Numbered from the stretch's first letter, positions 35,065 through 45,297 are shown. The stretch: DNA of 64,000 bases from an uncultured delta proteobacterium (GCA_963810935.1 CAWEPK010000005.1:32001-96000); one strand, 5' to 3'. The notes: a model not told the origin generated them from the letters alone. Numbers and translations: made by a program.

Positions 35065-35589
35065 TCACGGACTCTTGATAATCTGCCGAATCAACTTAGC
35101 TACATCAGGTGGCAACGCGTCCTGACGTGCCTCTGATAGGAAGGCAGCGAGCAGCGGTTGGACTTCAGCAAGAAGCCCAGAGAAGTCCCACTGTTTTGTC
35201 ACCGGTGTACCAAACTGTCGGCCAGTTGTTAGATGCGCCATTTCTTTGTTTGCACGCGTGCGAGCTTCAGACAGTGTCTGGCTCATGGCCGGCCGGGCGG
35301 TATCCCAGATCCCAGGTTTACAGAAATCGGATGCCGACAGGTCGGTTGGTTTTGGGCTTATATACAGGAAGTCAATCACGTTCCGAAGATGGAGTACGAA
35401 CCCTTCTATTTTAAGATTTCTCATTAGCGCTGCGTCGGCCGCGCTTGACACCCCGACCATTGTGGGTTTTGAAAGAAGCGTGCCGACCCCAAAAAGCATG
35501 TCAATCTCGTAGAATAGGTGCTCCTCTGAATAGGCTTGAAGGTAACTATCGCCGAAGGGCCTTTTAGGTTGGGTCTTGACTGTAGCCAT
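35065..35589 (-). CDS. Hypothetical protein, possible HEPN-like domain
   Basis: AGGAGG RBS; helical; RANKEMAH motif. Confidence 0.55.
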   Translation of the reverse strand: MATVKTQPKRPFGDSYLQAYSEEHLFYEIDMLFGVGTLLSKPTMVGVSSAADAALMRNLKIEGFVLHLRNVIDFLYISPKPTDLSASDFCKPGIWDTARPAMSQTLSEARTRANKEMAHLTTGRQFGTPVTKQWDFSGLLAEVQPLLAAFLSEARQDALPPDVAKLIRQIIKSP

Positions 35590-35740
35590 GATCATCCTCC
35601 TGTCTAGAGAAAACGAAACGGTATGATGCTTTTCGGCCTTGTCTCTACTATTCTGCTCATGCTCCACGCTTCCAAATAGATATTTACCACCCACATTCTC
35701 TAAACACAAGTAAACTGTCCCAATAACCTCTCAACTGATA

Positions 35741-35769
35741 TTGACACTTTCCCATCCCCATGCTAATTT
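35741..35769 (+). promoter_or_regulatory. Sigma70-type promoter of AOR
   Basis: TTGACA-N17-TAATTT with TGn extension. Confidence 0.55.
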
Positions 35770-35823
35770 TTCTTTTCATTTCCGGACATTTCTGTGCCGA
35801 TGGGGAGGAGAGGCTTTTAGACG

Positions 35824-37962
35824 ATGTGCGCCTTTACGCTGAGAGAGATCAAACGGTTTGACTACAAGAGGCCGGATATACGGAACGGGTACGCCAACCA
35901 GACCCTTGACGTAAACCTCTCGGACCTGACGATCGATATAAAACCCGTGACCGAACAAATGAAGGAGACCTTCATCGGAGGAAAAGGCTTCGACCTTTGG
36001 CTCCTCTGGAACGCGGTGCAATCGTCCACGCGATGGAACGACCCAGAGAACGCCATCTGCATTGCCTCCGGCCCGATGGGCGGCACGTCGGTCTACCCCG
36101 GGTCCGGCAAGAGCATCGTCACGTGCATCTCCGCGACGACCGGCTCCGTAATGGATTCGAACGTGGGCGGTTATTTCGGCCCGTACCTCAAGTTCTCAGG
36201 CTTCGACGCAATGGCGGTTCAGGGCAAATCGAAGGCACCGGTTGTCGTCTACATCGACGGCGTCGATTGGCATGTAGAGATTTTCGAGGCCGAGGGGCTG
36301 CCGGATCAGTCGCACGACCGGACGACCGCGCTGACGGACCATTTCGGCAAGGGAGCGCAGAAGGACATCTCCGTGGTAACGACGGGGCCGGCCGCGCACC
36401 ACACCCTCATCGGGTGCCTCAATTTCTCATGGTACGACCAGAAACGGGGAAGGGCAAGGCTCAAACAGGCCGGCCGCGGGGGCATAGGCACGGTCTTCGC
36501 GGACAAGGGGATCGCCGCCCTCGTCGTGCGCTGGCACCCGGTAAAGCTTGAGACCAATGACCCGGCTGACACAGCATTGTTGAAACGGGTGGCGAAGCTC
36601 CACTCTGCCGAGATCCTCGAACAGGACCCGAAGCAAAACCATATGTCCACGGTGGGGACGGCGCACCTCGTCACGATCATGAACGATTACGACCTGCTGC
36701 CGGTCCGCAACTACCGTTACGGCAGCCACCCGGACGCGCCCCTGATGGGCGAAGACGTCTTCCTGAAACTCTTCGATAAGGGCTTCGACGGCTGTTGGAT
36801 CGGCTGCACCCTCTCGTGCGCGCACGGCGTCAAGGATTTCGTGCCGGTGAGCGGGCCGCGCAAGGGAGACAGGGTATTCGTAGACGGACCGGAGTATGAG
36901 ACCATCGCAGGGTGCGGATCGAATTGCGGCATCTTCGACCCCCATCACGTAGTCGAGATGAACTATTATTGCGACACCTACGGGCTCGACTCGATCTCCG
37001 CCGGCACGGGCATCGCCTTTGCGATGGAATGCTTCGAGATGGGCCTCATCGACAAGACGCACACGGAAGGCCTCGACCTTTCCTTCGGCAACAAGGAAAG
37101 CGCCCTGGAGCTGATGCACCAGATGGCCGCAGGCGTTGGGTTCGGCAAAATCGTAGGCCAGGGCGTCCGAAGGATGAAAGAGATATTCGCCGGCAGTTTC
37201 GGCGCCGACATTGCCGTGCTCTCCGACATCGGCATGGAGGCAAAGGGCCTGGAGTTCTCCGAATACATGAGCAAAGAATCGCTCGCGCAGCAGGGCGGCT
37301 ACGGCCTGGCCCTCAAAGGCCCACAACACGACGAGGCCTGGCTGATCTTCCTCGATATGGTGCATAACCTGCTGCCGACCTTCGACAAGAAGGCCGAGTC
37401 GCTTCATTGGTTCCCCCTCTTCCGCACCTGGTTCGGCCTGTGCGGGCTTTGCAAGCTGCCGTGGAACGACGTCAGCCCGGCCGACAACAAAGAGACGGCG
37501 GAGCCTGCGAAGGTCATGAAGCACGTCGAGTGGTATGCGCAATACTATGGCGCAGTCACCGGCAAGGAGGCGACGCCCGAAGACCTCATAATGATGAGCG
37601 AGAGGGTATACAACTTCCAGCGCATCTTCTGCGTCAGGATGGGCTTCGGCCGCAGGGAGCACGATGCCATCCCTTACCGGGCCATGGGGCCGGTAACCGT
37701 TGACGAATACGAGTCGAGGGCGGAGCGCTACGACGGCCAGTTGAAAGAATTATACAACGTGGACATCGACGGGAAGGCAACCGCAGAGAAGGTGGCGCTT
37801 TTGAGGCGCCTGCGCGAGGATAGGTACGAGCAGCTCAAGGACGCTGTGTACGAGCGCAGGGGCTGGACGGCGGACGGCATCCCTACCCTTGCAACCGTAA
37901 GGCGGCTGGGCATCGACTTCCCCGAGGTAATCGACGTATTGAATAAGCACGGGGTAGCGTGA
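35824..37962 (+). CDS. Aldehyde:ferredoxin oxidoreductase family (W/Mo-pterin)
   Basis: DSNVGG.FG..LK..GFD, AGRGGIG, C.IGC...C, GPEYET, D.YGLDSI, GWTADGIP. Confidence 0.92.
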   Translation: MCAFTLREIKRFDYKRPDIRNGYANQTLDVNLSDLTIDIKPVTEQMKETFIGGKGFDLWLLWNAVQSSTRWNDPENAICIASGPMGGTSVYPGSGKSIVTCISATTGSVMDSNVGGYFGPYLKFSGFDAMAVQGKSKAPVVVYIDGVDWHVEIFEAEGLPDQSHDRTTALTDHFGKGAQKDISVVTTGPAAHHTLIGCLNFSWYDQKRGRARLKQAGRGGIGTVFADKGIAALVVRWHPVKLETNDPADTALLKRVAKLHSAEILEQDPKQNHMSTVGTAHLVTIMNDYDLLPVRNYRYGSHPDAPLMGEDVFLKLFDKGFDGCWIGCTLSCAHGVKDFVPVSGPRKGDRVFVDGPEYETIAGCGSNCGIFDPHHVVEMNYYCDTYGLDSISAGTGIAFAMECFEMGLIDKTHTEGLDLSFGNKESALELMHQMAAGVGFGKIVGQGVRRMKEIFAGSFGADIAVLSDIGMEAKGLEFSEYMSKESLAQQGGYGLALKGPQHDEAWLIFLDMVHNLLPTFDKKAESLHWFPLFRTWFGLCGLCKLPWNDVSPADNKETAEPAKVMKHVEWYAQYYGAVTGKEATPEDLIMMSERVYNFQRIFCVRMGFGRREHDAIPYRAMGPVTVDEYESRAERYDGQLKELYNVDIDGKATAEKVALLRRLREDRYEQLKDAVYERRGWTADGIPTLATVRRLGIDFPEVIDVLNKHGVA

Positions 37963-38159
37963 TGGTGCGGGTAGACGGCAGGGGCGTGCCGTGGCGCGAT
38001 GGGATGACCATCGCCGACCTTTTGAAGGAGCTTAACGACCCCTTCCCCTATCCTGTCGCACGCATAGACGGCCGCGCAATCACCGCGCAGGAATTCGACA
38101 GTTTTCCCCTTCCTGACGACATAGAAGTTCACCTGATACCGCTGGTCGCAGGCGGCTGA
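37959..38159 (+). CDS. ThiS/MoaD sulfur carrier
   Basis: 66 aa, C-terminal AGG, overlaps AOR stop. Confidence 0.85.
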   Translation: MMVRVDGRGVPWRDGMTIADLLKELNDPFPYPVARIDGRAITAQEFDSFPLPDDIEVHLIPLVAGG

Positions 38160-38234
38160 ACCGGTATTATCCGGACTATCAGAGCCCGAGAAAAACCATA
38201 TTGTTGTAAAGCGGGAAATAACTGAAGCGCAAGC

Positions 38235-38358
38235 GGCCGAGGCGATTTTCGATGGAATTCGCGTTGCTTTTCGAAGGCGCGCGGCGGAGCGTACGTAGTG
38301 GGTACGTGAGCAAGCCGCGCCGAGAAAACGGCGCGAAGGCCGCGAAAAGCGCCCGGCC
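38235..38358 (-). repeat. Structured intergenic repeat family A, copy 2 (inverted)
   Basis: Shares CTCACGTAC...ACGTACGCT and TCGAAAAGCAACGCGAA with copy 1. Confidence 0.8.
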
Positions 38359-38367
38359 CTCAACCCA

Positions 38368-38607
38368 CTAGGGGGCGAAGTTGGAGAGCTGGTATGGTAT
38401 CTCCTTCTCTTCCAGCTCCTGCTTCTTTTCGAAATAGACCTCGCCGGCGGCGATCTCCCTCAGGGAAGTTACTACCTCCCGGTTGGTCGATTTTACCATC
38501 GGCTTCGATCCCTTGACGAGTTGTTTCGATCTCTTCGCAGCGAGGTGGACAAGCTCGAAGCGGTTTTCAACCTTATCCATGCAATCTTCAACGGTTATCC
38601 TGGCCAT
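38368..38607 (-). CDS. rpoZ: RNA polymerase omega subunit
   Basis: [22 protein letters not shown]. Confidence 0.95.
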   Translation of the reverse strand: MARITVEDCMDKVENRFELVHLAAKRSKQLVKGSKPMVKSTNREVVTSLREIAAGEVYFEKKQELEEKEIPYQLSNFAP

Positions 38608-39169
38608 CCTGCTGCCTCCTTACGCCGGCGATAATTGATTTAAACTCGCCGTACGCCTTGTTAAGATTATCATTTATGACTACATAAGTAAAGAGGTCCT
38701 TCTTTGCGATCTCCTCTCTGACACGCTGCATGCGCCGCTCGATCTCCTTCTCCCCCCTGGCCGAAAGCCTTCTCACAAGCTCGTCCATCGACGGCGTATC
38801 TACGAATATAAGCACCGCCTCGGGCAATTTCTCTTTTACTGTAAGGGCGCCCTTGACGTCGATGTCGAGGATGACGTCGAGCCCTTCCGACAAAGGGCCC
38901 GATATTTCCTTGCCGGGCGTGCCGTACAGGTTGTCGTGGACGCTTTCCCACTCCAGGAATTCTCCTTTTGCAATCATGGCCCGGAACGTCCCTTCGTCGA
39001 CGAACCGGTAGTCCCGCCCGTCGACCTCCTGCCCTCTCTTTTGGCGCGTTGTATATGAGACGGAGAAGCGGCTGGATGCGTCTTCCGCCAGGAATTTTTC
39101 TATGAGGCTGCTTTTCCCCGTTCCCGACGGGCCGGAAACTACAAAGAGACGCCCGCGCTTATTCGACAT
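38588..39169 (-). CDS. gmk: Guanylate kinase
   Basis: [25 protein letters not shown]. Confidence 0.95.
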   Translation of the reverse strand: MSNKRGRLFVVSGPSGTGKSSLIEKFLAEDASSRFSVSYTTRQKRGQEVDGRDYRFVDEGTFRAMIAKGEFLEWESVHDNLYGTPGKEISGPLSEGLDVILDIDVKGALTVKEKLPEAVLIFVDTPSMDELVRRLSARGEKEIERRMQRVREEIAKKDLFTYVVINDNLNKAYGEFKSIIAGVRRQQDGQDNR

Positions 39170-40019
39170 TCTGCACTTGCTCCCGCATCTTCTCTATCTC
39201 CACCTTGATCAGGATCGCCTTCTCGCTGATGGAAAGGTCGCCTGACTTGCTCGCTATCGTATTGGTCTCCCTCACCATCTCCTGGATGACGAAGTCGAGC
39301 TTCCGGCCTATCTCTTCTTTGGAAGCCAGCGTCGTCCTGAAGAGGTCCAGGTGCCCCTTCAGCCGCGCTATCTCTTCCGCGATATCGAGCCTTTCCATGT
39401 AGAATCCCATCTCCTGGAGCAGCCTCGCCTCGTCACCGGCGGTCCCGCTTATCTCGGCGATCTTCTTGCGCAGCGTCTCCTGGTGGCTCTTTACCGCCTC
39501 CGGCCAGCGCTCCTCGATCACTATCAGGTAATCACCGATGTTAGAGAGCCTTTCGGAAAGGTCTTTTTCAATCAGCGCGCCTTCCCGTTCCCGCTCCCCG
39601 TTCAGGCCGGCAAGGAGCGTCTCAAGACAGGAGAATAACAGCGCCTCGGGCAGGGCCTCTTCCTCGTAAACCAGGATATCCTTGAGACCGAGCAGGTCGG
39701 CGACGGTCAAATCCCCTTCGAGGCCGTATGACTCCTTCAATTTGCGGGCAAGACCGACGTACCACCCGATGGCCTCTTCGTTCGCCTTCGGCACGCCGCC
39801 GTCCGCGCCTTTGTCCCACTTTATCGTTATGTCTAGCCTGCCCCGTTTTATGAGCTTCTTGGCGGCTTCCCGCAGGCGCGACTCGTAGCCGGAGGCGCTC
39901 CTCGGCAGCCGCAGCGAGACCTCCAGGTAGCGGCTGTTGAGCGACCGCGCCTCACCGTAACACTTCCCTTCCCCGCTCTCCATCTCGACTTTCGAAAAAC
40001 CCGTCATGCTCTTCGGCAT
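39159..40019 (-). CDS. YicC/YloC endoribonuclease family
   Basis: [32 protein letters not shown]. Confidence 0.92.
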   Translation of the reverse strand: MPKSMTGFSKVEMESGEGKCYGEARSLNSRYLEVSLRLPRSASGYESRLREAAKKLIKRGRLDITIKWDKGADGGVPKANEEAIGWYVGLARKLKESYGLEGDLTVADLLGLKDILVYEEEALPEALLFSCLETLLAGLNGEREREGALIEKDLSERLSNIGDYLIVIEERWPEAVKSHQETLRKKIAEISGTAGDEARLLQEMGFYMERLDIAEEIARLKGHLDLFRTTLASKEEIGRKLDFVIQEMVRETNTIASKSGDLSISEKAILIKVEIEKMREQVQNVE

Positions 40020-40537
40020 CTCAGCAACCCCTTATAGTCTTCTCTCCATCCGTTAAAAAGACCGACCAGACGGCCGCCCCCGTAATCGGGATAGGTCCAC
40101 TTCAGCGGCCTATAGCTTCCGTTCTCATAAATGAGCGTCAGGTCCGCGAAAATGCCGCCCCCTAAGTAAATCCTGTGGGCGAAACCCTTGGTCGTGCCGA
40201 GCACTAAGTGCTCAAGGGCGATATATCCAGGGTCCACGTTCACCTGCCGCTTCTCGTCCGATGATGCAGCCGCCTCTATACCGTTCGACGCGACCTTGAA
40301 AGCGGCCAGCTTATCGCGGTCGAGGAGGGGTTCGAAGAGGACGAAATAACGGAGCAGACCGGCGCCCATCTCGGCCTCATAATAGTTTGACTCCGAAAAA
40401 GGCATGACTTCCGTCTTCTTCAGGATGGGGCCGACGATGCCGGCAAGCCCTTCCTCCACCCCCTTCAGTATAACCGGGTCCTTGTAGATAATGCTCGAAA
40501 AAAAGAGAACGGGGGGAGGCGGCTTCAACGTTCCCAC
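40004..40537 (-). CDS. DUF4416 family protein
   Basis: YYEAEMG, R.VN.DPGY, HRIYL..GI, WTYPDY. Confidence 0.75.
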   Translation of the reverse strand: MGTLKPPPPVLFFSSIIYKDPVILKGVEEGLAGIVGPILKKTEVMPFSESNYYEAEMGAGLLRYFVLFEPLLDRDKLAAFKVASNGIEAAASSDEKRQVNVDPGYIALEHLVLGTTKGFAHRIYLGGGIFADLTLIYENGSYRPLKWTYPDYGGGRLVGLFNGWREDYKGLLRCRRA

Positions 40538-41256
40538 AGTATAAAATACTCCCTGTTCTTCTTTTCTTTGCCCCTCGGCGCCTCCACCGTATCGACCGCG
40601 CGCAGCCCGCACGTGCCTCCGAACTCCCGTATATCGTCCAGCACTTCCCTGATCCGTTCGGCGTCCTTTACAACGCCGCCTTTGCCCACCCTGTACCTGC
40701 CCACCTCGAACTGGGGTTTGACGAGCGTAATGAGGACGCCCCCCGGTTTCAGCAGAGGCAGCAGCACAGGGATGATCTTCTTCAGTGAAATGAAGGAAAC
40801 GTCGACCGTAATGATATCGGCCGTCTCGCCCACCGATTCCGGGGAGAGATAGCGGGCGTTCACGTTTTCCTTAACTACGACCCGCGGGTCCGCCCGCAGC
40901 TTCTCGTGGAGCTGGTGGGTGCCCGCGTCTATCGCGTAGACCCTGGCCGCCCCGGATTTGAGCAGGTAATCGACAAAACCGCCCGTCGAAGACCCTATGT
41001 CGATCGCTGTCTTCCCGGCCGCGTCGAGTCCGAAGCGCCCGGCCGCGTCCGCCAGCTTGACGCCGCCGTAACCCACGTACGGCAGGCCCTTGCCGCGCAC
41101 TTCCACGGCCGACTCCTCGTCCACCACCCTGTCCGCCCGCAGGACGCGCTGTCCCTCCAGATAGACCTCTCCCGCCATGACCAGTATTTTTGCCTTTTCT
41201 CTTGATTCGACGAGGCCCTTCCGGGCAAGGAGAGTATCTATTCTGAGCTTAGCCAC
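40525..41256 (-). CDS. tlyA: TlyA-family rRNA methyltransferase
   Basis: S4 domain, DIGSSTGGF, DVSFISL, VKPQFE. Confidence 0.9.
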   Translation of the reverse strand: MAKLRIDTLLARKGLVESREKAKILVMAGEVYLEGQRVLRADRVVDEESAVEVRGKGLPYVGYGGVKLADAAGRFGLDAAGKTAIDIGSSTGGFVDYLLKSGAARVYAIDAGTHQLHEKLRADPRVVVKENVNARYLSPESVGETADIITVDVSFISLKKIIPVLLPLLKPGGVLITLVKPQFEVGRYRVGKGGVVKDAERIREVLDDIREFGGTCGLRAVDTVEAPRGKEKKNREYFILWER

Positions 41257-43106
41257 TGCTTTACAGTCTTCTTGATGCCGTCCTTGTCCAGGCCGGTCTC
41301 CTGCCGCAGCGCCTTCTGCGACGCATGGCCCAGGAAACGGTCCGGCAGGCCGGTCCGCCTGACGGGCATCACTACGCCTTCTTCGGAGAGCGCTTCCATG
41401 ACTCCGCTTCCGAAGCCGCCTATTGCCGCATTCTCCTCGAACGTAGCTATCCGCCCGACGGTACGGCCCAGGCGGGCAAGCATCTGTCTGTCCATCGGCT
41501 TGGCGAACCTTCCGTTGACGACTGCGCAGTCGATCTTGTCTTCAGCTTCCAGCTCGGCCGCCGCTTCCAGGCAGGTATAGACGACCGGTCCGCACCCGAT
41601 CAGCGCTATATCTTTCCCCTCCCGCAGAAGCTCCCAGCTACCCATCGGTATCTCGCCGGGGTCGCCCTCCGTCGCAAGGCCCCTCGCCTCCCCTCTCGGA
41701 TAACGTATGGCCACTGTCGTCTCGTAACGGGCGGCGGAGAAGAGCATGTCCCTCAGCTCTCTTTCGTCCTTGGGACACATGATCACCATGTTCGGGATAT
41801 GGCGCAGGTAGGAGATATCGAAGCTGCCGTGGTGGGTCGCCCCGTCCGCCCCTACGATGCCGCTCCTGTCTATGGCGAAGACGACCGGAAGCTGCTGGAG
41901 ACAGACGTCCTCGATTATCTGGTCGAAACCCCTCTGGAGGAACGTCGAGTACATGGCGACGAAGGGCCTCATCCCGCCGAGCGCCATGGCGGCCGCAAAG
42001 GTAACGCCGTGCGCCTCCGCTATGCCTATATCGTAAAAACGGCCTGGAAAGATCTTCGAGAATTTTTCGAGGCCCGTGCCCAGCCCCATAGCGGCAGTGA
42101 TGGCTATTATCCTTTCGTCCTCCGACGCGAGCCGGATGAGCGTCTCGCCGAAGACGTCCGTATAGGTCATCTTGCCGTTATTCATCGCCTCGCCGCTTTC
42201 GAGGTTGAACTGGGAGATGCCGTGAAAGCGCGCAGGGTCCTTCTCGGCGGGCCCGTACCCCTTCCCTTTCTTCGTTACTACATGGACCAGTATCGGACCT
42301 TTGAGCTTTTTGACGTTTGCGAGGTTGAGGATCAGGTGGTTCAGGTTGTGGCCGTCCACCGGACCGACATACTGAAAACCCGACTCTTCGAAGAGCAAGC
42401 CCGGGGTCACGAGACCCTTAACCGCTTCCTCAAAATAACGGGCGGCCTTGTAAACCTTGTCGCCGAAGGCGGGCAGGTTGCGGATCGTCTGCTTGATGTC
42501 TTCTCTGAGGCCGCTCATGAACTCGCCCGTCATAATCCTGTTAAGGTGGGCGGAGAGGGCGCCGACGTTCTTGGAGATCGACATCTCGTTATCGTTCAGG
42601 ATGACGATAACGTCGCTCTTCAGGTGTCCCGCGTGGTTCAGCGCCTCGAAGGACATGCCCCCGGTGAGGGAGCCGTCGCCTATAACGGCCAGGATGCGGC
42701 AGTCTTTCTTCCACTTCTTCTTCGCCTCGGCAAGCCCCGTCGCAATCGATATGGAGTTGGATGCATGGCCCGTGTCGAAGGCGTCGTAAACGCTCTCCTT
42801 CCTGCACGGGAAGCCTGAAAGGCCGCCGCCCTGCCTGATAGTCCCGAAGCGGTCCTTCCTCTCCGTAATGATCTTGTGCGTGTAGCACTGGTGTCCCACG
42901 TCCCAGACGATCCTGTCTTCCGGCGTGTTGAAGACGTAGTGGAGCGCAAGGGTTAACTCGACGACGCCCAGGTTCGACGAAACATGGCCGCCGGTTTTCG
43001 AGATGGTGCGGATGATCAGCTCCCGGATCTCGTCAGCGAGGACCTGAAGCTGGGCCGGTGTAAGCTCGCGTATATCCCGAGGGCTGTTGATTGTCTCAAG
43101 AAACAT
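41238..43106 (-). CDS. dxs: 1-deoxy-D-xylulose-5-phosphate synthase
   Basis: WDVGHQCY.HK, GDGSLTGGM..EALN, DNEMSI, YSTFLQR. Confidence 0.97.
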   Translation of the reverse strand: MFLETINSPRDIRELTPAQLQVLADEIRELIIRTISKTGGHVSSNLGVVELTLALHYVFNTPEDRIVWDVGHQCYTHKIITERKDRFGTIRQGGGLSGFPCRKESVYDAFDTGHASNSISIATGLAEAKKKWKKDCRILAVIGDGSLTGGMSFEALNHAGHLKSDVIVILNDNEMSISKNVGALSAHLNRIMTGEFMSGLREDIKQTIRNLPAFGDKVYKAARYFEEAVKGLVTPGLLFEESGFQYVGPVDGHNLNHLILNLANVKKLKGPILVHVVTKKGKGYGPAEKDPARFHGISQFNLESGEAMNNGKMTYTDVFGETLIRLASEDERIIAITAAMGLGTGLEKFSKIFPGRFYDIGIAEAHGVTFAAAMALGGMRPFVAMYSTFLQRGFDQIIEDVCLQQLPVVFAIDRSGIVGADGATHHGSFDISYLRHIPNMVIMCPKDERELRDMLFSAARYETTVAIRYPRGEARGLATEGDPGEIPMGSWELLREGKDIALIGCGPVVYTCLEAAAELEAEDKIDCAVVNGRFAKPMDRQMLARLGRTVGRIATFEENAAIGGFGSGVMEALSEEGVVMPVRRTGLPDRFLGHASQKALRQETGLDKDGIKKTVKQWLSSE

Positions 43107-43985
43107 CTAAAAGGACCTGTTGCCTATAAAGTTTGCGATCTGCACGAGCATCTTTCCCTTGGGTCCGAGGAACGCGACCGATGTGACGGCCTTGTCGGTC
43201 AGCGCGTCTATTCGTGCCTTAGAGGCGGCGATGCCGTAATGCTTCACGTACGTCTGCTTATCTCCGTCCTTTTTGAGCTTCTTCCCGACCTCCGCTTCCT
43301 TACCCTCCACGTCGAGCAGGTCGTCCTTGATCTGGAAGGCCAGACCGATCGAGTCGCCGAAAGTCGCAAAATTGCTGAGGGCGCGCCCTCTCGCATTGCC
43401 GACGATCGCACCGGTCAGCACCGATGCCCTGATAATCGCGCTCGTTTTGTTGCGATGGATGAAATTAACGATCTTTTTCGTCCCCGCCTTGTTTTCGTAA
43501 ATGACGTCCATCACCTGGCCAGCTACCATCCCTTCGGCGCCCGCTGCTGCCGCTACTTCGTAAATCACCCTTTGGACAACGCCCGGCGCTGCGGCCTTTC
43601 CCGGCGAGGCCATGACCCGGAACGCCTCGGTGAGCAGCGCATCCCCGGCGAGGAGTGCGACCGCCTCCCCGAATACCTTGTGGCACGTGGGTCTTCCCCG
43701 TCTCATAGCATCGTCGTCCATGCACGGCAAATCATCGTGGATGAGTGAATAGGTATGTATCATCTCGATGGCCGCGGCAAAAGGCAGGACTGCGGCCGCG
43801 TCACCGTCCATCGCCTCACAGGCAGCTATGGCAAGGCAGGGCCTGATCCTCTTACCGTCCGAAAAGAGGCTGTACTCCATCGCTTCGGTGATCGCCCTTG
43901 AGGAAGCCGGATAGGCCGAAAAAATCTGCCTCAGCTCCTTCTCGACGAGCGCCCTTTTCTCCGCCAGAAAACGGGTCAGGTCCAC
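43107..43985 (-). CDS. ispA: Polyprenyl (farnesyl) diphosphate synthase
   Basis: GKRIRP, HDDLPCMDDD..RRG, FQIKDD. Confidence 0.92.
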   Translation of the reverse strand: MDLTRFLAEKRALVEKELRQIFSAYPASSRAITEAMEYSLFSDGKRIRPCLAIAACEAMDGDAAAVLPFAAAIEMIHTYSLIHDDLPCMDDDAMRRGRPTCHKVFGEAVALLAGDALLTEAFRVMASPGKAAAPGVVQRVIYEVAAAAGAEGMVAGQVMDVIYENKAGTKKIVNFIHRNKTSAIIRASVLTGAIVGNARGRALSNFATFGDSIGLAFQIKDDLLDVEGKEAEVGKKLKKDGDKQTYVKHYGIAASKARIDALTDKAVTSVAFLGPKGKMLVQIANFIGNRSF

Positions 43986-44206
43986 TATGGCTCTTCCTGT
44001 AAGAAAGGTCTTTTCTCCAGCGTGCCGTCTTCCTTTTTGACGAGGATCTCTACCTTGTGTTCTATGTCGTCGAGCGTCTTGGAAAGCTTTTTGGTAAGGC
44101 CCACGCCTTCCTCGAAAAGACGCAACGCCTCGTCGAGGGGTACCTTCCCCTCGTCGAGCGAGCTTACGATTTCCTCGAGCTTGCGCAGCCCGTCTTCGAA
44201 TTTCAT
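43985..44206 (-). CDS. xseB: Exodeoxyribonuclease VII small subunit
   Basis: FE....LEEIV..L.....L.EA...FEEG; xseB-ispA-dxs order. Confidence 0.92.
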   Translation of the reverse strand: MKFEDGLRKLEEIVSSLDEGKVPLDEALRLFEEGVGLTKKLSKTLDDIEHKVEILVKKEDGTLEKRPFLQEEP

Positions 44207-44212
44207 CCCTAA

Positions 44213-44242
44213 ATTATAGAATCTTGGCGGACACTTTTTCAA
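44213..44242 (-). promoter_or_regulatory. Sigma70-type promoter of xseB operon
   Basis: TTGAAA-N18-TATAAT, ATG 6 nt later. Confidence 0.65.
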
Positions 44243-44421
44243 GTACATTGGTTCGTTGGTCGCCGGAAGCCCTAACCCGGCGGGCTGCGTTCCCGCCAGG
44301 ACCGCGGGTGCGCGAAGGTGTAAATCCGCACTGTTAGGGGCTAAACGGCAGGTTTGCCCGCCGGCTTCGGCCCCGGATATTATCTGTTGCCATGCCCGGC
44401 GCCTCCGGGGTAGAATGGAGC

Positions 44422-44808
44422 GTGACCGAAATCGGCATCAAGACGTCTAAAAGGATAGAGGCGCGGGACATCACGGATGAGGTGCGCCGCGCCCTGGAAG
44501 GCAAAGAAGGTCAGTACGTTCACCTCTTCTGCCTGCATACGACCTGCGGACTGACGATCAACGAGAACGCCGACCCGGCGGTGATGAAAGACGTGATCGA
44601 CGCACTGGGCAGGCTGGTGCCCGCCGACTATCCTTACAGGCACGGAGAAGGGAATTCGGACGCGCATATCAAGTCCTCCATGATGGGCTGCTCCCTCACT
44701 GTCCCGCTTTCAGCGGGCAGGCTCGTTCTCGGGACCTGGCAGGGGATTTATCTGATGGAGTTCGATGGCCCGCGCGAAAGAAGGGTCGCCCTGACGGTGG
44801 TCAGGTAA
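44422..44808 (+). CDS. YjbQ / UPF0047 family protein
   Basis: HTT.GLTINENADP, H.EGNSDAHIKS, LGTWQGI...EFDGPR. Confidence 0.9.
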   Translation: MTEIGIKTSKRIEARDITDEVRRALEGKEGQYVHLFCLHTTCGLTINENADPAVMKDVIDALGRLVPADYPYRHGEGNSDAHIKSSMMGCSLTVPLSAGRLVLGTWQGIYLMEFDGPRERRVALTVVR

Positions 44809-44820
44809 CATGAGGAGTAT

Positions 44821-45297
44821 GTGATGAAATCGACGCAAAATCTCGCTCGATGCGCCGCCGTTGCGGCCCTGGCGGTCTTTTTTCTGGCCGGTACGCTCTT
44901 GGCGGCCACAGCCAAGGAGAACGTGCAAAAACCCAAAGAATTCGGCGTATATGTGAAGACGTCCAAAAAGCTCGTCAGGATAATGCCCAATATCGTATTC
45001 GACCAGGAGTCGATGCTTTATATCGAGACCAACAACCCTCCCCATTTCCCCCTGAAAGACATAAGGTATTTCATAATCTACGGGAAATACAACATGCAGG
45101 TCCTGACCGTAAACACGCTCCTGTTCGCCAATCAGTCGCCTCTGGGGATGGCCCGCTTCATCTTCGGGAAAGAAGCGGACGTGGACGTGAAAAAGGTGGG
45201 GGAAGACTTCTATTCCGTCAGGCCCAAAGGCCTCTTCGGGCGCGGCTACTACGCCATATGGATAGAAGATTCCGCTTGGGACTTTATCGTGGAATAA
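44821..45297 (+). CDS. Hypothetical secreted protein
   Basis: GAGGAG RBS, signal peptide. Confidence 0.6.
   Translation: MMKSTQNLARCAAVAALAVFFLAGTLLAATAKENVQKPKEFGVYVKTSKKLVRIMPNIVFDQESMLYIETNNPPHFPLKDIRYFIIYGKYNMQVLTVNTLLFANQSPLGMARFIFGKEADVDVKKVGEDFYSVRPKGLFGRGYYAIWIEDSAWDFIVE

Noticed and set aside
44258..44376. c-di-GMP-I riboswitch, SRP RNA or tRNA-Sec
   Set aside because: GGGCAAACC is present on the minus strand but the GACGCAAAGC segment is not; no SRP GGAAGCAG core, no UCA anticodon or T-arm.
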